Below, piece by piece: positions 1-13,800 of a stretch of 64,000 bases of DNA. Below the pieces are notes generated by a model, which saw only the letters and a program-made list of their open reading frames with translations, was not told the origin of the DNA and did no database searches. This DNA comes from Calcarisporiella thermophila CBS 279.70 (lineage: Eukaryota > Fungi > Calcarisporiellomycota). Position 1 is the first letter of the stretch. Every line of letters begins with the position of its first letter. Location of the stretch: the NCBI RefSeq assembly GCF_041956535.1, contig NW_027192194.1:1005103-1069102 (forward strand). The letters are read 5' to 3'. The position numbers were made by a program, and so were the translations under genes.

Positions 1-1776
1 GGAGGATGTCCTTTCCGTCTACCGCACCGCGATAGCTGATACCTTTGGACTCGTTCTCGGTGGTGAGGGCGGCATAGGTGCCAAGTTGTGGCCCAACACC
101 CCCTTAGCCAACGAGACTTTCACCAAGATGGCAAACCAGGTTGTGCAGATCGAGACCGCTATTGCCAACTTCACCCTCTCCAGTGCGGATAAGAGCGACC
201 CCATCAAGACCTACAACCCCACCAAGCTCGCTGATCTCGCACAGCTGGCCCCCGCGGTGGACTGGAATTTGTACCTTCAGACTGTCCTCGGTGAGGGCGT
301 CAAGCTCCCCGAAACTGTATTCCTCGACTCGCCCGATTATTTCAAGGCCTTGTCTGCCAATGTGTTGGCAACCACTCCTGCGCCTGCTCTCCAGGCCTAT
401 CTCCTCTGGCGCGCCATTGCCTCCTACACTGGCGGACTAGCCGTCAGCTATCAGATGCCAGTGCGTCGCCTCAATGAGAAAATCAGGGGCGTCAAGGCCG
501 ACGCCCTCCCCCCTCGCTGGCAGACATGTCTGGGCGCAGTCACCAATAACATGGGTCAGAGTCTGGGCCGCTACTATGTTCTCCAAAAATTCACGGGCAA
601 TTCAAAACAGCTAGCTGATGGTAGGGTTTGCTTGGCTTTGCTGTGTCTTGTAGAGAGTTAACTCACGGTCCTTGATCTCTTTCTTTCCCTCCCCCATCTC
701 CCCATTTTCTAGACCTTGTTACTGGCCTCCGCACTACATTCAAGGAGAGCCTCCCCAACATCACTTGGCTTGATGAGCCGACCCGCGCGAAAGCGACCGA
801 GAAGATTGACAAATTCACGCAGAAGATCGGATACTCCACCAATACCCCTGATGTGCTGAAGCCCTCGTCGATCCAAAAGTTCTATGAGGGGCTCGAGGTC
901 AACAAGAGCGAGTATTTTGCCAACCAGTTGCGGGCCAGCCAGTGGGGCGCGGCTAAGCAGCTTGCTGACTTTGGCAAGCCCGTCGACAAATCGGTCTGGT
1001 CCATGAACCCGCACACCGTCAACGCCTACTATCAGCCCGTGTTCAATGAAATCGTATTCCCAAGCGGTATCCTCCAATCCCCCTTCTACGATGCCAAACT
1101 CCCAGAATAGTAAGTATTTGCACCCCGTATAGAAGTGGCTCAATTTTCCAAGCTATGCGCATTTTACTAACTCTCGGGCTTTGTTTGTTTTTATTTCCAT
1201 CTACTGTTATCCAGTCTCAACTATGGAGGTATCGGGGTGGTGGCAGGCCATGAAATTACCCATGGCTTCGACGACTCGGGGCGATCATTTGACGGGACTG
1301 GCGCAATGAATGACTGGTGGACGAATGCGACTGCACAAGCCTTCAATGAGCGAGCCCAATGCTTCGAGAATGAGTATTCCAACTTCACGGTCAAAGGCCC
1401 CGATGGCACGGATGTGAAGGTGAATGGGAAGCTCACCCTCGGCGAAAACATTGCGGACAACGGCGGGTTGCGGCAGGCGTTTGTCACGTGGAAGAAGCGT
1501 TTCGATTCAGACCCGCAGATGCAGAAGTACAACAATCGCCTCATCCCCGGCCTCGAGAAATTCACACGTGAGCAGCTCTACTTCATCTCGTATGCGCGTG
1601 TGTGGTGCTCGAACCAGACGCCGGCCTACCTGGTCAACCAGGTCCGCACCGACCCCCACTCCCCCACGCGCTGGCGTGTCAACGGCGCCGTCAAGAACTC
1701 GCCCTACTTCGCAGAGGCCTACAAGTGCCCGCCCGGCTCGCCAATGAACCCCGCCGACAAATGCGCCCTCTGGTAA
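1..1776 (+). CDS. M13 family zinc metalloendopeptidase (neprilysin/ECE-like), 5' part outside window; exons <1-620, 713-1109, 1215-1776
   Basis: VNAYY, NEIVFPSGILQ, HEITHGFD (HExxH), GENIADNGG, DPHSP and C-terminal CxxW motifs; two GT-AG introns restore the frame. Confidence 0.95.
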
Positions 1777-2515
1777 ATCGCATGAGAAAATGCACCAGCA
1801 GAGGCATGCTGGTGATCGTGTTAGCTTTGACCATGCAGCCCAAGCATTCTCCCTACTGCTATTCGTACATTTGTAATCTGTAATCCCTCTCGATTTTGTA
1901 TTCTGCCGACGACGTAAGCCACAGCGCAAACTAATCTCGTTCAATAAACTAATTTTGGGCAAGTGGTGGTTTTGTTTTATTTCCCTTGTTTGCCGAATTT
2001 GCAGCGGTCTCGGATGACAGAAACAGAGGTTTGAGAATCCGAGATATTCCTTGTATGAGCCAACCGCGGGTGCTGGTGGTTCTTCATTAACTTTTGCACG
2101 GTGCGGCTGAATGGCCGGGAGACGCGGCCTCCGTTCCCGCGAAAGCGGCTGGGACGTAAGAGTGGCCTGACTTTTGGGAAGGGATTCTAGAGAAGGCAGT
2201 GGATATGTCATGGCCTCCCGGAGAAATTGAAATATCTCTTGGCGTTGCCTCTTTTCTGATTGAATGTGGCAGAGTTAATTCTAAAATCAGAAGATCCCTT
2301 AGGTAACGTTGCTCACTTTTGGGTTTTTAGCCGAATGGGGTGGTCTGAATATATAAAAGAAACAAGAATAAAAAAATCCAAAAGGCGTTAAGTCTGTATA
2401 TAAGTCATCAGCATCTCTTATTTCATCAAAATCTTGACCGAGCCTATAATTATATATTCTCTTTAAACTTTACCTCTTAAGGCTCCCTCATCCCCTCCCC
2501 CCGACTAAAATAAAA

Positions 2516-4320
2516 ATGCCTTGCCTCTCTAGACAGACTAGACTCGTTCTGCTCCTTGTTGTGACATTTCTCTTTTTCTTGGCCGAGATTATTATCGGCT
2601 ACATGACTAATTCGCTTGCCCTTGTCGCTGACTCTTTCCATCAGTTAAACGATGCATTTTCGCTCGTGGTCGCATTTTGGGCTATTAGAGTATGACGGAA
2701 ATGACATGAGGTGCTTAACTTTGTGAGAGCTTGCTGACATTGTTTTTTCTGTACGACAGTTAGCTTCTCAGACTCAGTGGGCTCCAAAATATTCATATGG
2801 TACTAATGCCCATACCACAGGCACAGCATCGCTGCCAAAAATGCTAATTTGTTTATTTAACCTTTAAGGCTGGCAGAGAGCTGAAGTCGTTGGAGCTCTA
2901 ATTAATGGCGTGTTTCTCTTGGCGCTCTGTCTAACCATCTTAATTGAATCCATACAGCGATTTTTTGAACCTAGAGGTAGGCCTTTGTTTAAAGGGATCG
3001 TGATCATTTTCAAGTTTCGTATCCAACTAACCCTGGCAAAACCTCATTAGATATTACAAACCCCGTTCTTGTGCTTGCTGTAGGCAGTGCTGGACTTGCT
3101 GCTAATTTGTTTGGCATTCTCCTCTTTCATGGTTAGTTTATTTTTCACATCCATACATATATCTGGAGGGAGAAAGGAGGTGGGAGGGCGGAAGAAGAGA
3201 GTGAAGAAGAAAACAGAGGAATACTTTATTAACGAACATCTACTTCGATTGTCTTTTTTTTTTTCAACAGAACATGGGCACGCTCATGGACATGAGCAAA
3301 ATGTTCCAGCATCCTTTTCAAGATCGCCTACGGATATCAGTACTCCCCAGCGGCTCTCCATTGACGAAATTTACGTCCACCCTGTCCTCGCCCGTCAAAA
3401 TATCGTCCAGGCGGCTGAGGAGCAAGCACATGCCACCATCCTCAATATCGATGAGTCCACTTCAACGGAACCCTCTTCCTCTGAGCCTCAAATACGGTCA
3501 TCACAACCAAAAAAATCCCCTAAGCAATTCGGTTTCAGGAACAGGGATAAGAATAAGAAGGAGACATCCCATTCCCATGAGCCTAATATTCATAGACGTT
3601 CATCCTCACGCAGGCATTCCCACAAGGAGGAGCAAGGAGGTCATTTGAACATGCATGGGGTCTTTCTTCATGTTCTAGGAGATGCACTTGGGAACGTCGG
3701 TGTGATCATTTCAGCCTTATTTATCTGGTTGACTCCTTTTGAGTGGCGATTCTATGCCGACCCTGTTATCAGGTAGAATTCGAGCTATTGGAAACCCGTT
3801 CGACATGAGAAAGCCTAACGGTGTGCCCTGTTTTTATATTCATAGTTTAATTATCATGCTTATCATCTTTTCATCCGCCCTGCCATTGGTGAAGAGCGCT
3901 GCATTCATCCTCCTCCAGGGAGTACCTACCTATATTCCCATTGAAGATGTTCGCGAGAAGCTGCTGCATCTCGAAGATGTCATCTCGGTACACGAACTGC
4001 ATATTTGGCAACTCTCTGACACAAAGGTGGTTGCCTCGGTCCATATTCTGATTGCAAGCGGTTCTGACTACATGAGAGTCGCCGCCCGGATACGCAGGAT
4101 ACTCCATGCATACGGGGTGCATTCTACCACCATTCAGCCAGAGTATGTGCGGTTGATAGACGACACCGTGGATGGGGAAAGGTTGATCGTGTTGGACGGC
4201 ACCGACGACGAAGGAATTGTCATGAAGGAGGGAGGATGCTTGCTCCCGTGTACGGGCTCACGTAATTGTGAGGAGAAGATGTGTTGTCGGCCGGTATCGC
4301 AACCCAATTCGACAGAATAA
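2516..4320 (+). CDS. ZRC1: CDF family zinc/cobalt transporter (Zrc1/Cot1/ZnT1-like), 6 exons
   Basis: Spliced: SLALVADSFHQLND, YSYGWQRAEVVGALING, His-rich loop HGHAHGH, LNMHGVFLHVLGDALGN, VHELHIWQL, HSTTIQPE; Cys-containing tail. Confidence 0.92.
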
Positions 4321-4704
4321 TCCAAGGCCTTCTTCCCTTAAATGCTACAGTCAATACCATTGTTTCTTCTTTCGCCCTTATCTAACTTCCAACGTGGATC
4401 CAATGTATTATGCATAGTTGATTGTGTTTTGAATTCCTTGTTATGTAACTTAATCATTTTCCTACTCCTGTCTTTTTTTTTTCTCTCTCGTGGCACTTCT
4501 GGCACCTCAAGTATTTACTCTCCCTCTAGAATAATGAGAAATTAACCGGGCATTGTAATTGAAATTTTAAATTTTTAATCCAAAAGCAGTCATAAGGTTG
4601 AAAAATATCTCACTAATGGAGTAGGGAAGGAAGAGGGCGACTTAGAAAAGAAGAAAAGATTCCCCCTCCACTTCCTACCGGAATTCATATACGTCACATT
4701 CGTC

Positions 4705-6210
4705 ATGATCTCCACAAAACTCTTCATTTCCCGTTCCTCAATTCATTTGCGTCCACTCGCCTCCTCCCATTCCCTTCGTACTTTTGCAACTCATCCCGGA
4801 TCCACGGCACCATCGCCGCAGGTCGCCGATAATCCCTCGGAGCCAACTCGGACAGAAAAAAAACGAAGCCGATACAGACTCTCGCCCGTCAATATACCGA
4901 GTTCGCCGGAGTTTGGTTCGAATCAGAATCTGCCGCTTGACGAAGATTTCAAGCAACAGTTGCGTGCCGTCGTGCAAAGCTTCAATGCCCCGGTGCGATA
5001 TGCATTCGCGTACGGAAGCGGCGTGTTCCGGCAACGAGGCTATGACACCAAGGTAAGCGTGATGTGGTGCATTATATGTCTTGGAACTGAATTATTAATC
5101 CGTCTTTTTGTCCCTCCCTCCCCCCTCCCATTTTTTGGCTTTTTTTTTGCTATTTGTCATTCATGTAAATCTTATGATAGAAAAAACCCATGGTTGATTT
5201 CATTCTTGCAGTAACGCATCCCGAGCATTGGCACTACATCAATATCCAGCAGAATCCCCATCATTATTCCTTTCTGAGATGGTTTGGAAGTGGAGCGGTG
5301 AGTTTTCTCCAAGATAAGGTCGGCGCCCATGTTTATTTCAACCCTTATGTCGAGGTAAACGGGCTCCTCATCAAATATGGCGTGGTTTCGGTGGATCGCC
5401 TCTGTAAGGACCTACTAGACTGGGAAACACTCTATCTTGCCGGGAGAATGCACAAACCGGTAAAAATTCTACGTGACGATGCCCGCGTTCGGCTGGCGAA
5501 CCAGGTGAATCTGACCAGTGCACTTCGCACTGCATTGCTGATGCTTCCTGGACAATTTACAGAGGAGGAGTTGTTTATGACCATTTCAGGATTCTCCTAC
5601 ACGGGCGATTTTAGAATGCGTGTGGGCGAAAATCCACACAAGGTTCGCAATATCGTGGTCGAGCAGATGGAGAATTTCCATCGGTTATATTCGCCCTTGA
5701 TTGAGGATCTTCCGAATGTAGCGTACATGCGGGAGGGGGTCATCCAGGTGAGTAACTTTGCGGTTTTGCGAATATCCTACCGTTCTCCTGATTTAGCTCA
5801 CTCTTTGTGCGTGGATTGACTTCATAGCAAGATGAGAACCCGCGGGTACGAGGTCTGATGGTACGCAAACTGCCTCGGATATTGCACGCGCATGTAAAGC
5901 ATCAATACCGAAGCCACTCACTATCCAAGGGAGAGCGGTGGTCTGATGACGAATATGAATTAGGACAGTTGATTGTCCGAAGTCCGGTCTTGAAACAGTT
6001 TATCGCCGAAGGTTAGTTTTGCAGATAGATAGTTTTCATTAAATTCCCGCTAGGGTGGAACTCATTGGTTCATTGTGGTTAGGCTTAAACACGATTGTGA
6101 AGGGCCCGGCGCTGACGCAGTCTCTAAAGGGAGTGCTCACGGCAGGACCCACGAGAACAACGCGATACGTGTACGATAAGTTAAGCAAGTGGTGGTCGGC
6201 TTCATCTTAA
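4705..6210 (+). CDS. TAM41: Mitochondrial phosphatidate cytidylyltransferase Tam41/Mmp37, 4 exons
   Basis: Presequence-like N-terminus; FAYGSGVF, MVDFILAV, YFNPYV, IKYGVVS, LYLAGRMHKPV, SYTGDFRM, GENPHKVRNIV. Confidence 0.95.
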
Positions 6211-7325
6211 TTAGAGCTAAGCAACGGCGTGTAATTTTGTTTACTTTTTTTCTGGCTTTGTAGACTTTTTTTTTCTACTTTATATCTATTTTATAAAATT
6301 CTCAAAGGTGAGGTATAATAAAGGAGAGGAGGGGTGAATTTTTACACGGGCAAGTCCAAGTCTGGTAAAGCGTGCCAAAACCCGACTTCTGATTCACGGG
6401 CCAAATTTTTGTAATTCATCCGATATGCGTGATGCTCACATGTCAAATCCGCCCCTCTTGCCCATTTTCTATCTCCAGTATCCCATTCTATAATGTGATA
6501 AGAGTGCTATGATCCACTGCACCTCCCAACAAGTCATCCTGTCAGGTTACATTTGCCAGCACCGTATATCGTCTCTTCTGACTCATATCCAACCCTGCTA
6601 ACCCCATTGTAAAGTGGAAATAGAGGTGAGAAAAAATATGCCTGCGGGATAAAAAACCGAGGTGGTAGTTTATGTTCCAAAAATCCACTCACTCAATCAC
6701 AAGGACCATTGGAGGGTGGCTTGGCGTGCTCAACGCCGTTCTTCCTTTTCATAAAGAATCAGTTTCTCTGTTTGTTCAAAATAAACTGCCTCTTTTTTCT
6801 CATTTATTTTTCTCTCCCCTTGCGCAACTTGGAACTCAAAACTTTCTCACCCATTTCTATTTTTGCCCATCTTCTTAATTCCTACTTCACTCTTCACTGT
6901 CCTCCTCTGATTATTGTTTCAACTGCTCTCTTCTTCTTCCTGCTGTTCTTAGTTACTCTATTAATGTTGAGGGGTGCATGCGGTTTCTAGCCGGAAAAGT
7001 TGAGGGAGCATAAAAATCAAAAAAAAAAGAATCGGAGCCAGAGCAGAAGCTTAGGAGCAGAAGCGCCCTTCCTGGAACAGAACAGTATTGAATAAGAAGT
7101 GAGGAATTGAACTCTTTTTTATTCTGCTGTACTTTGATTACAAGACGCTATTATAGTATTACTTTTGTACTCTCTATTTTATTTTCTCATACATATATAC
7201 TTATATATATTTACCCCGTCTTTTTTTTCTCTCTCACCTTTTTTCTCTCCTGTTTCTTTTAATACCTCTCCTTATCCTCTGAACCTGTTATCAATTTACT
7301 CATTTGGCACTTTGGGTCTGTGAAC

Positions 7326-8744
7326 ATGCCGGCCCCCACACTGCTCAACACTCCCACGCCCACCTCTAAATCCAACCAGTCCAACCCATCTATCTATTCC
7401 CATGCCAACCATCCTTTGACGCCTGCGACCATCATGCGTCCGCCCTCACTTAGCGCCACCTCTCCTCTAGCATTCTCTACATCTCCACAAAACCCGCAGC
7501 CAGTACCAAGCCCCCGAGCTCGTGCTATCACCATCCAGTCGAGCTCTCAGCGTAGACTGAGCGCACCACCGCCTGCCTTAGCAATGCCTCCATCACCCAT
7601 GTTTGGCCAGCACCCACCCGGAAGTGTGAGCCCCACCCGTGGAGGACGAAGAAATTCATTCGTGGTCGGAAGCCTTGTTGGAAGCTACGAGGTAATTAAT
7701 TAGCACCACATTAACTCTTTATTTATCTGATCACTCATACCTGGGTTTTCTTTCTTCTCTCAGGAATCCATACTAAATGGTCGCATGTCCACCTTCCCCT
7801 CCAAGCCCATCTCCTTCATTGCTCAGATTGGTGTTTTTGGTCACGGCAAGAGTAAACTTAAATGCCCACCCCATGTTAGCGTTACATTCCCCGCCTACTT
7901 TTACGAGATCGAAGACGCTGAACAGCCAACCCCCTATGTTGGGTGTGTAGACCTCGAGGCTGGTCTGCAGGGAGAACGCTTCCACAAATGGCCAGGAGGG
8001 TATCGGATTCCGCCTCGGGGTCAGCTGCAGGTGGTCATCAAGAATCCAAACCGCACTGCAGTCAAGGTCTTTCTTCTGCCATATGATTTCACAGACATGC
8101 CTCCTCGGACGAAGACATTCTTGCGCCAGAAAAGCTACACTAACGCGGGGCTGCGCTATGCTATTCACGCCCAGTTCTGCTGCACGGAGAAGGCTCTCTA
8201 TCTTTACAAGAGCATTCGAGTGGTGTTCTCCAACCGTGCCCCGGATCGTAGCGAACGCCTCAGGGTAGTGTGCGATGGTCCCTCGGAGCAAGAAGTGAAA
8301 TATCAGCCCTGGGGAAAATCGGACTTTGGCTATGCTGGCCATTTAATGGTGAAAAGCCCGAAGCGGCGACGACCTAGCGAGGAATCGACCGTATCGGATG
8401 CGGCCTTGCATGAGGAGATGGGCTCCATCGGCACACTTGAGCTTGGCGTCATGGAAGGCAGGCATGACGCGGAGAGGATGGACGAGGATGTTGGCGGAAT
8501 AGAGCTGGGAGAAGAGCCGCGGATATGCGTTGGAGGCGAGGTGACCCGGATGGCCACCATCCAAGAGGAGTGGACCCCATCGTCTCCATCCAGTGCACAT
8601 CGCCTCATGGTGGGTGGCATTGCGGAGAAGGTGCGGCACATGCGCATCCGGGATGTCCCCACTATGAGCTCGCCCCCCGGCTCCCTTCTGCATCGTCCTC
8701 GGCTGAGCTACGACAAGCTATTGGAGCCAAAGAGTGATTTTTGA
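7326..8744 (+). CDS. Atos/FAM214 homolog (DUF4210 plus C-terminal domain), 2 exons
   Basis: SLVGSYE|ESILNGRMS across the intron; CPPHVSVTF, GYRIPPRGQLQVVIKNPNRTAVKVFLLPYDFTDMP, TFLRQK, LRYAIH, YLYKSIRVVF. Confidence 0.88.
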
Positions 8745-9871
8745 GTTTATATTGTCTTTTTGATATTGTACATGCCATTTTTCTTTATAATTCCTTTTGA
8801 GATTGCATTTGTTTGCTCCTGATTTAATTTTCTTGTTCAGGTTTTTTTTTTGTTTATTCTTCTCTCTCTTTGTACTTTTCCTTCTTCCCCACCCCCCACC
8901 CCCCTTCCCTTTCCACTCTTCCACTCTCTCCCTCGCTTGTTCTCTTCGTTGTGGGCATACTATCTTCTCATGCGCGATTTAATCGTGGAAGATGGAGTGT
9001 TTTTATTCTCTTTTTCTTTTTGTATATAAATGAAAAGGATTTCATAAATAAATGAAAATATTCTTTCCTGTAACCCCGACGAGTTTGCCTCCAAGCCCGG
9101 ATGCAAATTGACAGCTGCAAGCCGGGTTGGCTTGAGCGTTTTGGATTTGTTTTCCTAAGCTGCATCTGCATGCCGCATCATGAAACTTTATTACTTGGTT
9201 CCACATGGTTCCCCCATCTCGTCATCTGGGGATATTGCAGCTGCATGAGTCCAGCCGAGACATTTGGCGACCTAACATGTGAGACGAAGTGGACTAAGCG
9301 GTGGGGTAGAGGCTGTCTCCGTCGGCATTTCCTGCGCAAAAAGCGATGTTTTCTCAGCGACTTATTCATGGTCGCTGTAAATACCGCCATTGTTTCTTCC
9401 TTCCCAGCTGCTTTTCGGTGCCAATTGAACCCCCTTTGGAAAGGGGGGAACGGTGTTGACTTTACAACGTAGATGACGCAAGTTGGAAGGAGATACCGAC
9501 AAAGATGGTAAGGGATATATGACTTGGTCCAGATGCAAATATTTGCTAATGCGCTAGAATCGATTTATTAATTTTTACCTAAATGCATACCTCGCTTATT
9601 TTTCGCCCCTCCCTTCAAGCCGTGATTAAAATTTCAAAATGTGCTCGGTATGTATATAATGAGGCCACCTCTTCTCAGCTTGGGTAATGGATAAGCCAGC
9701 GTGAAAGGGTAAAAAGAAACTAAAAACAAAAGTTGCAAAACGCTGCTTCTGTGAAGCATGTATCTTTGATTATCCTCTCCTTTTTCCTTTGCTCTATTTT
9801 CTCCTATCTTCTTACGGCTATTATAGAGATTTACCCTCTTACCTCCTATCATTTAAATAGGAAAAAAAAGA

Positions 9872-10482
9872 ATGAAGATAAAACTGTCTCTCATTTTGAT
9901 TCTTGTGTGCCTCGGGCATTCACTTGCCCTCCTCTCTCCGATCTCCTCGCTCCTCTCCTCTCTTCTCCTGCCAAAACGTCGCAAAACAGCATTATCCGCC
10001 CCTGCCTCCGGTTTCGAGAATTGCAGTACTGAGCAAGCGGTGATACGCAATCGGGCCGTCTTTCTTCAGCCCAACCCTCCTCGGGCGGGTGAACCGTTGG
10101 CGGTCTCCTGGCGTGGGGTCGTTTTACAGCCTATCCGGCCAGGCTCCAAATTGAAGGTAACGGTGACGACACCTGGGCTTCTGTGGGGCGACCTCACCGT
10201 GATGGATAAGGAGTGGGATCTTTGTAGGACCGCGTCGAAATGGGGCAGAAAATGCCCCTTGCCTGCGGGCAATTTGAAATTGCAAGAGGTCGTGGATGTA
10301 CCCTCCTATGTGCCTCCCGTATGTATATCCTTGGCTCTTCTGCTACTCAAGTGTAAATTCCACTAACTACAGGGTTCACTGCTCTGTGTATGACTCTTCA
10401 GGGTAAATACAATGTGATGCTCAAAGCATTTTCACCCACCTCAAAGCAAATTGGGTGCGTCAAATTCATCGTCAACCTCTGA
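9872..10482 (+). CDS. Secreted ML-domain (MD-2/NPC2-like lipid-binding) protein; exons 9872-10318, 10402-10482
   Basis: Signal peptide; FENC...PNPPRAGE...DLC...CPL...VPSYVPP|GKY...QIGCVKF cysteine pattern of ML domains. Confidence 0.85.
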
Positions 10483-10801
10483 GATTCCCCACCGCCCTCC
10501 TCTTGTTCCTATATAACTTGTCTTATACCACTTCGTGCCTCCGCAACCGTTTTTGGTTCCCTTCAGGACACCCACGACCATATTTATCTTTTTTTCTCTT
10601 CTCCCTTCTTCATCCCTCTTATGTAACAGAAATATACTTCTAGTGATAGAAACAGAAACACTGCTGATTTCGATAAAAAGACAATAGTAGAAATAAGAAA
10701 AAGAAATTATAGATAAAGTTACATTGAGTAAGTAAATATACATCAGAATAGAGTATGAAAAAGAAAAATATCGATGGAAAATTACTCTAGAAATTCCATG
10801 A

Positions 10802-13800
10802 TTACGCTACCATCAACGAGCCTGCCAAATGCTGCACATCCGAGCACACTTCCAAGAGCGAGCTGCATTTTTTCGACTCGCGCTTGTGAATAAGACACTT
10901 GCGCACCGTCTCTGCGAGGGATTGCGCAGACAAGGGGCCGTAGGCAAGTTCTACGTCCGTCGCCACATTGGGCAGCGAGTGGGGATAGGCAGCCACATCG
11001 TCACGATCAAAAGCAAAAGTCACAAAGAATTTGGCGCTCTTCCGCGGGTCGAAGAACCGGATGCGCAGCTCAACCAAGTGTTCGCGACAGGTGATATCGG
11101 TGGGATACTTGAGTTGGAGGATATCGATGTCCTGCTCAAGGAGACGGGTACGATTCCAGTAGTCGGCCTTTTGAAGAAGCGTCTATTGAAAACATTTTCC
11201 ATTTTAATATCAGGTACGGTAAAAATAACACCAAGCAAATAGGTCTACTTTGGCCTCTTGCGAGTTTTGCACTTCGTTCTTGATCCTCTCGATTTCTTCA
11301 TCAACTTTCATCGCATCCTCCGGTTCCATTTCTCGCACAAGTTCACTAGGTGGCCGTACCAGCGTTTCGAAGAAGTGCAGCTCAACTATCAAAGATGGCA
11401 CGTAAGTACACACGGCACCCAACCGAAAGAAAAAGTCAAATGGAATTGACTATTATTCCCACTTACAATCCGCTGCTTCTATATCATTGGGAGTAATGCA
11501 TTTGTGCTCTTCACAAGTGCGACGTGCCTCGCTAATCTCAGCGCGTAGTTGACTCTGTCGCTCTTGCATGAGCGTAATGCGCGTCATCAATTGCTGTTCT
11601 TCCTTCTCTAAGTTCTCTAGGTCTTCGTTGAAAAGCTGGATTTGTACACTATTGGAAGTCTCCGTTAGCATTCTATTTGTAAGGGATCAAATGCATCGTA
11701 CACACTTTTGCTCTTCAATCGCTTGCTCTAAACTCTGGAGTTCCTCCTTATCACAGGCCTCAATCTCGGCCAACCGGCCCTTTTTCTCCTCATGTTCCTC
11801 CGATAATTTCGCATGATACTCTGCCAGGCTAGGCATCTGCCGTGCAAGTTGTCCCATGATGCGGCGCACATAAGCCTCATCCTCGCGGAGAATCGCCAGG
11901 CTCTGCTCGAGGGCTTCGTTTACAGGCATGATCAACTTTTCCCGCCACATATACCATGTTTCCATCGCAGAAAGTCGACAATAGGTTTTGATCAACTTGA
12001 ACCGTTGCTGGTATCAAGGAAAAAAAAATAGAATTAAGTATTTCAATAAAAGAGAGGCTCGTAAAATATCAAAATTACCTCCATGAATTCGCGTAACTTC
12101 GCATTTCCCTCCATGTATTCCTTAAATAAAGGTGGATTTTCGCGACCTATTTCTTCATCGACCAACTGAACTGCAGCACGCCCCTCGGTAATATAATTCT
12201 CGAGTTCGTGACAGCAGAACTTGAAAAGCTCTAGCTCGGGCATCCGGATGGCTGCAGCCTTTACATAGTCAGCGAGCGTGGGGGGGCCTTCAATGCGTTC
12301 CGTCAAGTTCATGCTCTCACGGCGACCTGTTGTGGTAAGGCCATCCATGAAGGTGATTCCGACGAGATCAAGGAACTCCTTTAGGCTCAAAGAGGGGGTA
12401 GAGGCCGCCTGAAGCAAAAAAATAAAATGAATAAAAATAAATGATACAATATCTTTGCTCTTTTTTTGGCAAATGCAGTACGTACCTCCGTGGGAGTAGG
12501 AAGTTGTTCACTTTTTACATCAGATTTCCTCATAGCTATTCAAGTTAATCACAAACCGTTAGATATGAATATTCACAAGTGTACCCGAATTTCTTGCTAA
12601 ATAAATAAATGGGGTAATAGGCACCTAAATCTGAGTCCATCTTCAGATTGTCGATTGGATTCTCATTTTCCTTATTCAATGGAGTGTTTGCCTCTGTTTC
12701 TAGCATAGCAGCAAAGCGTTTATCCGGTTTATGATGCTGCGTGGCATGCAATGGCGAACTTTGGCTCAGCCGAGAAACGCTACGGATAGTTGACTGGCGA
12801 CGCGAACTTCGACGTGGCGATGCATTAGTTCCATTTGGAGTCTCCAGGTTTTTGGACGGAGTTTGCGCAATAGACCGTCGCCGAGGAGTACCACGAGACG
12901 AGTCTATATTATTTTCTAGCGCATCGCCTGCCGAGCGTTTACGAGAACTACGACGAGGTGAAGCTGTAATCTCGACCATCGCCAAAGACTTTGAGGGAGT
13001 CTTAGAATTGGGTGTAGTCGCGCTTCGCGGAAGAATATTACTCGAGTCTTCTGCAATTTGTTCTAATTCTTGATTGATTTTGGGGTCGACTGACCTATCC
13101 GCATTCTCCACCACGTTCGAACCATTGTCTGGTTCGATTTCTCGATCTTCTGCGCTATTTTGCGCCTCTGTGACCGAGGCATGAGACACCTCTCTGTCTG
13201 GTGCTACTTTATCCAAGATATTCTCTTGGGTCATAGTCTGAGTAGTCCAAGATTTATCCATAACAGAGTGAAGACCACCTGAGACTGTGGCAATTTCCTC
13301 TTGCGCTTTCAGAGTATCCATAACAATACTATTGGCGTGGCTTTCAATTGGGCCCTGCGTCGCGGTTGAAACCACAGTCTTCTCTGACATTTCAAAGGGG
13401 ATAGTATTCTCTGGGTTCTTTAGGTTCTCTGGGCTCTCCTGCTCCGGATGTAATGCTTTTGGTTCCTCTTCCACAGCTGAATCTTTGTTTTCAACAATTG
13501 AAGATGTACGCGCTCGGGGCGACTTGTATGGAGACTTGCGCGCTGAAGGAGAGGGTTCTGAAATTTGCTTAGCAGACAATCTGCGAGAGCTTCTCCTCCT
13601 CGGTGTAGAGGCCACTGTTGTTTCTTTAGTCTCTTCGGTGACGGGTGTTTGTACGTGCTCCGTCATGGGATTAGAGCTCGAGTTTTCGTTATTCGGGATC
13701 GGAGCAGGAATATGCATGCGCGTCAGACACTCAGTGAATTCCATGGGCACTGTCATATCTTCCTCTTCCTCTTCTGTTTCCTCCGGTGGCATGAATACTT

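Noticed and set aside
2290-2490. Zap1 ZRE-like sites upstream of the zinc transporter
   Set aside because: Only partial matches to ACCTTNAAGGT
4912-4926. GGTTCGAATC T-loop-like motif
   Set aside because: Inside the Tam41 coding exon with no cloverleaf; not a tRNA
10319-10401. Possible U12 intron (gtatgtatatcctt) in the ML gene; also the GTATCT donor in the kinase gene
   Set aside because: The frame-consistent donor is GTATGT with a CTAAC branch point; no RTATCCTT at +1, so U2-type
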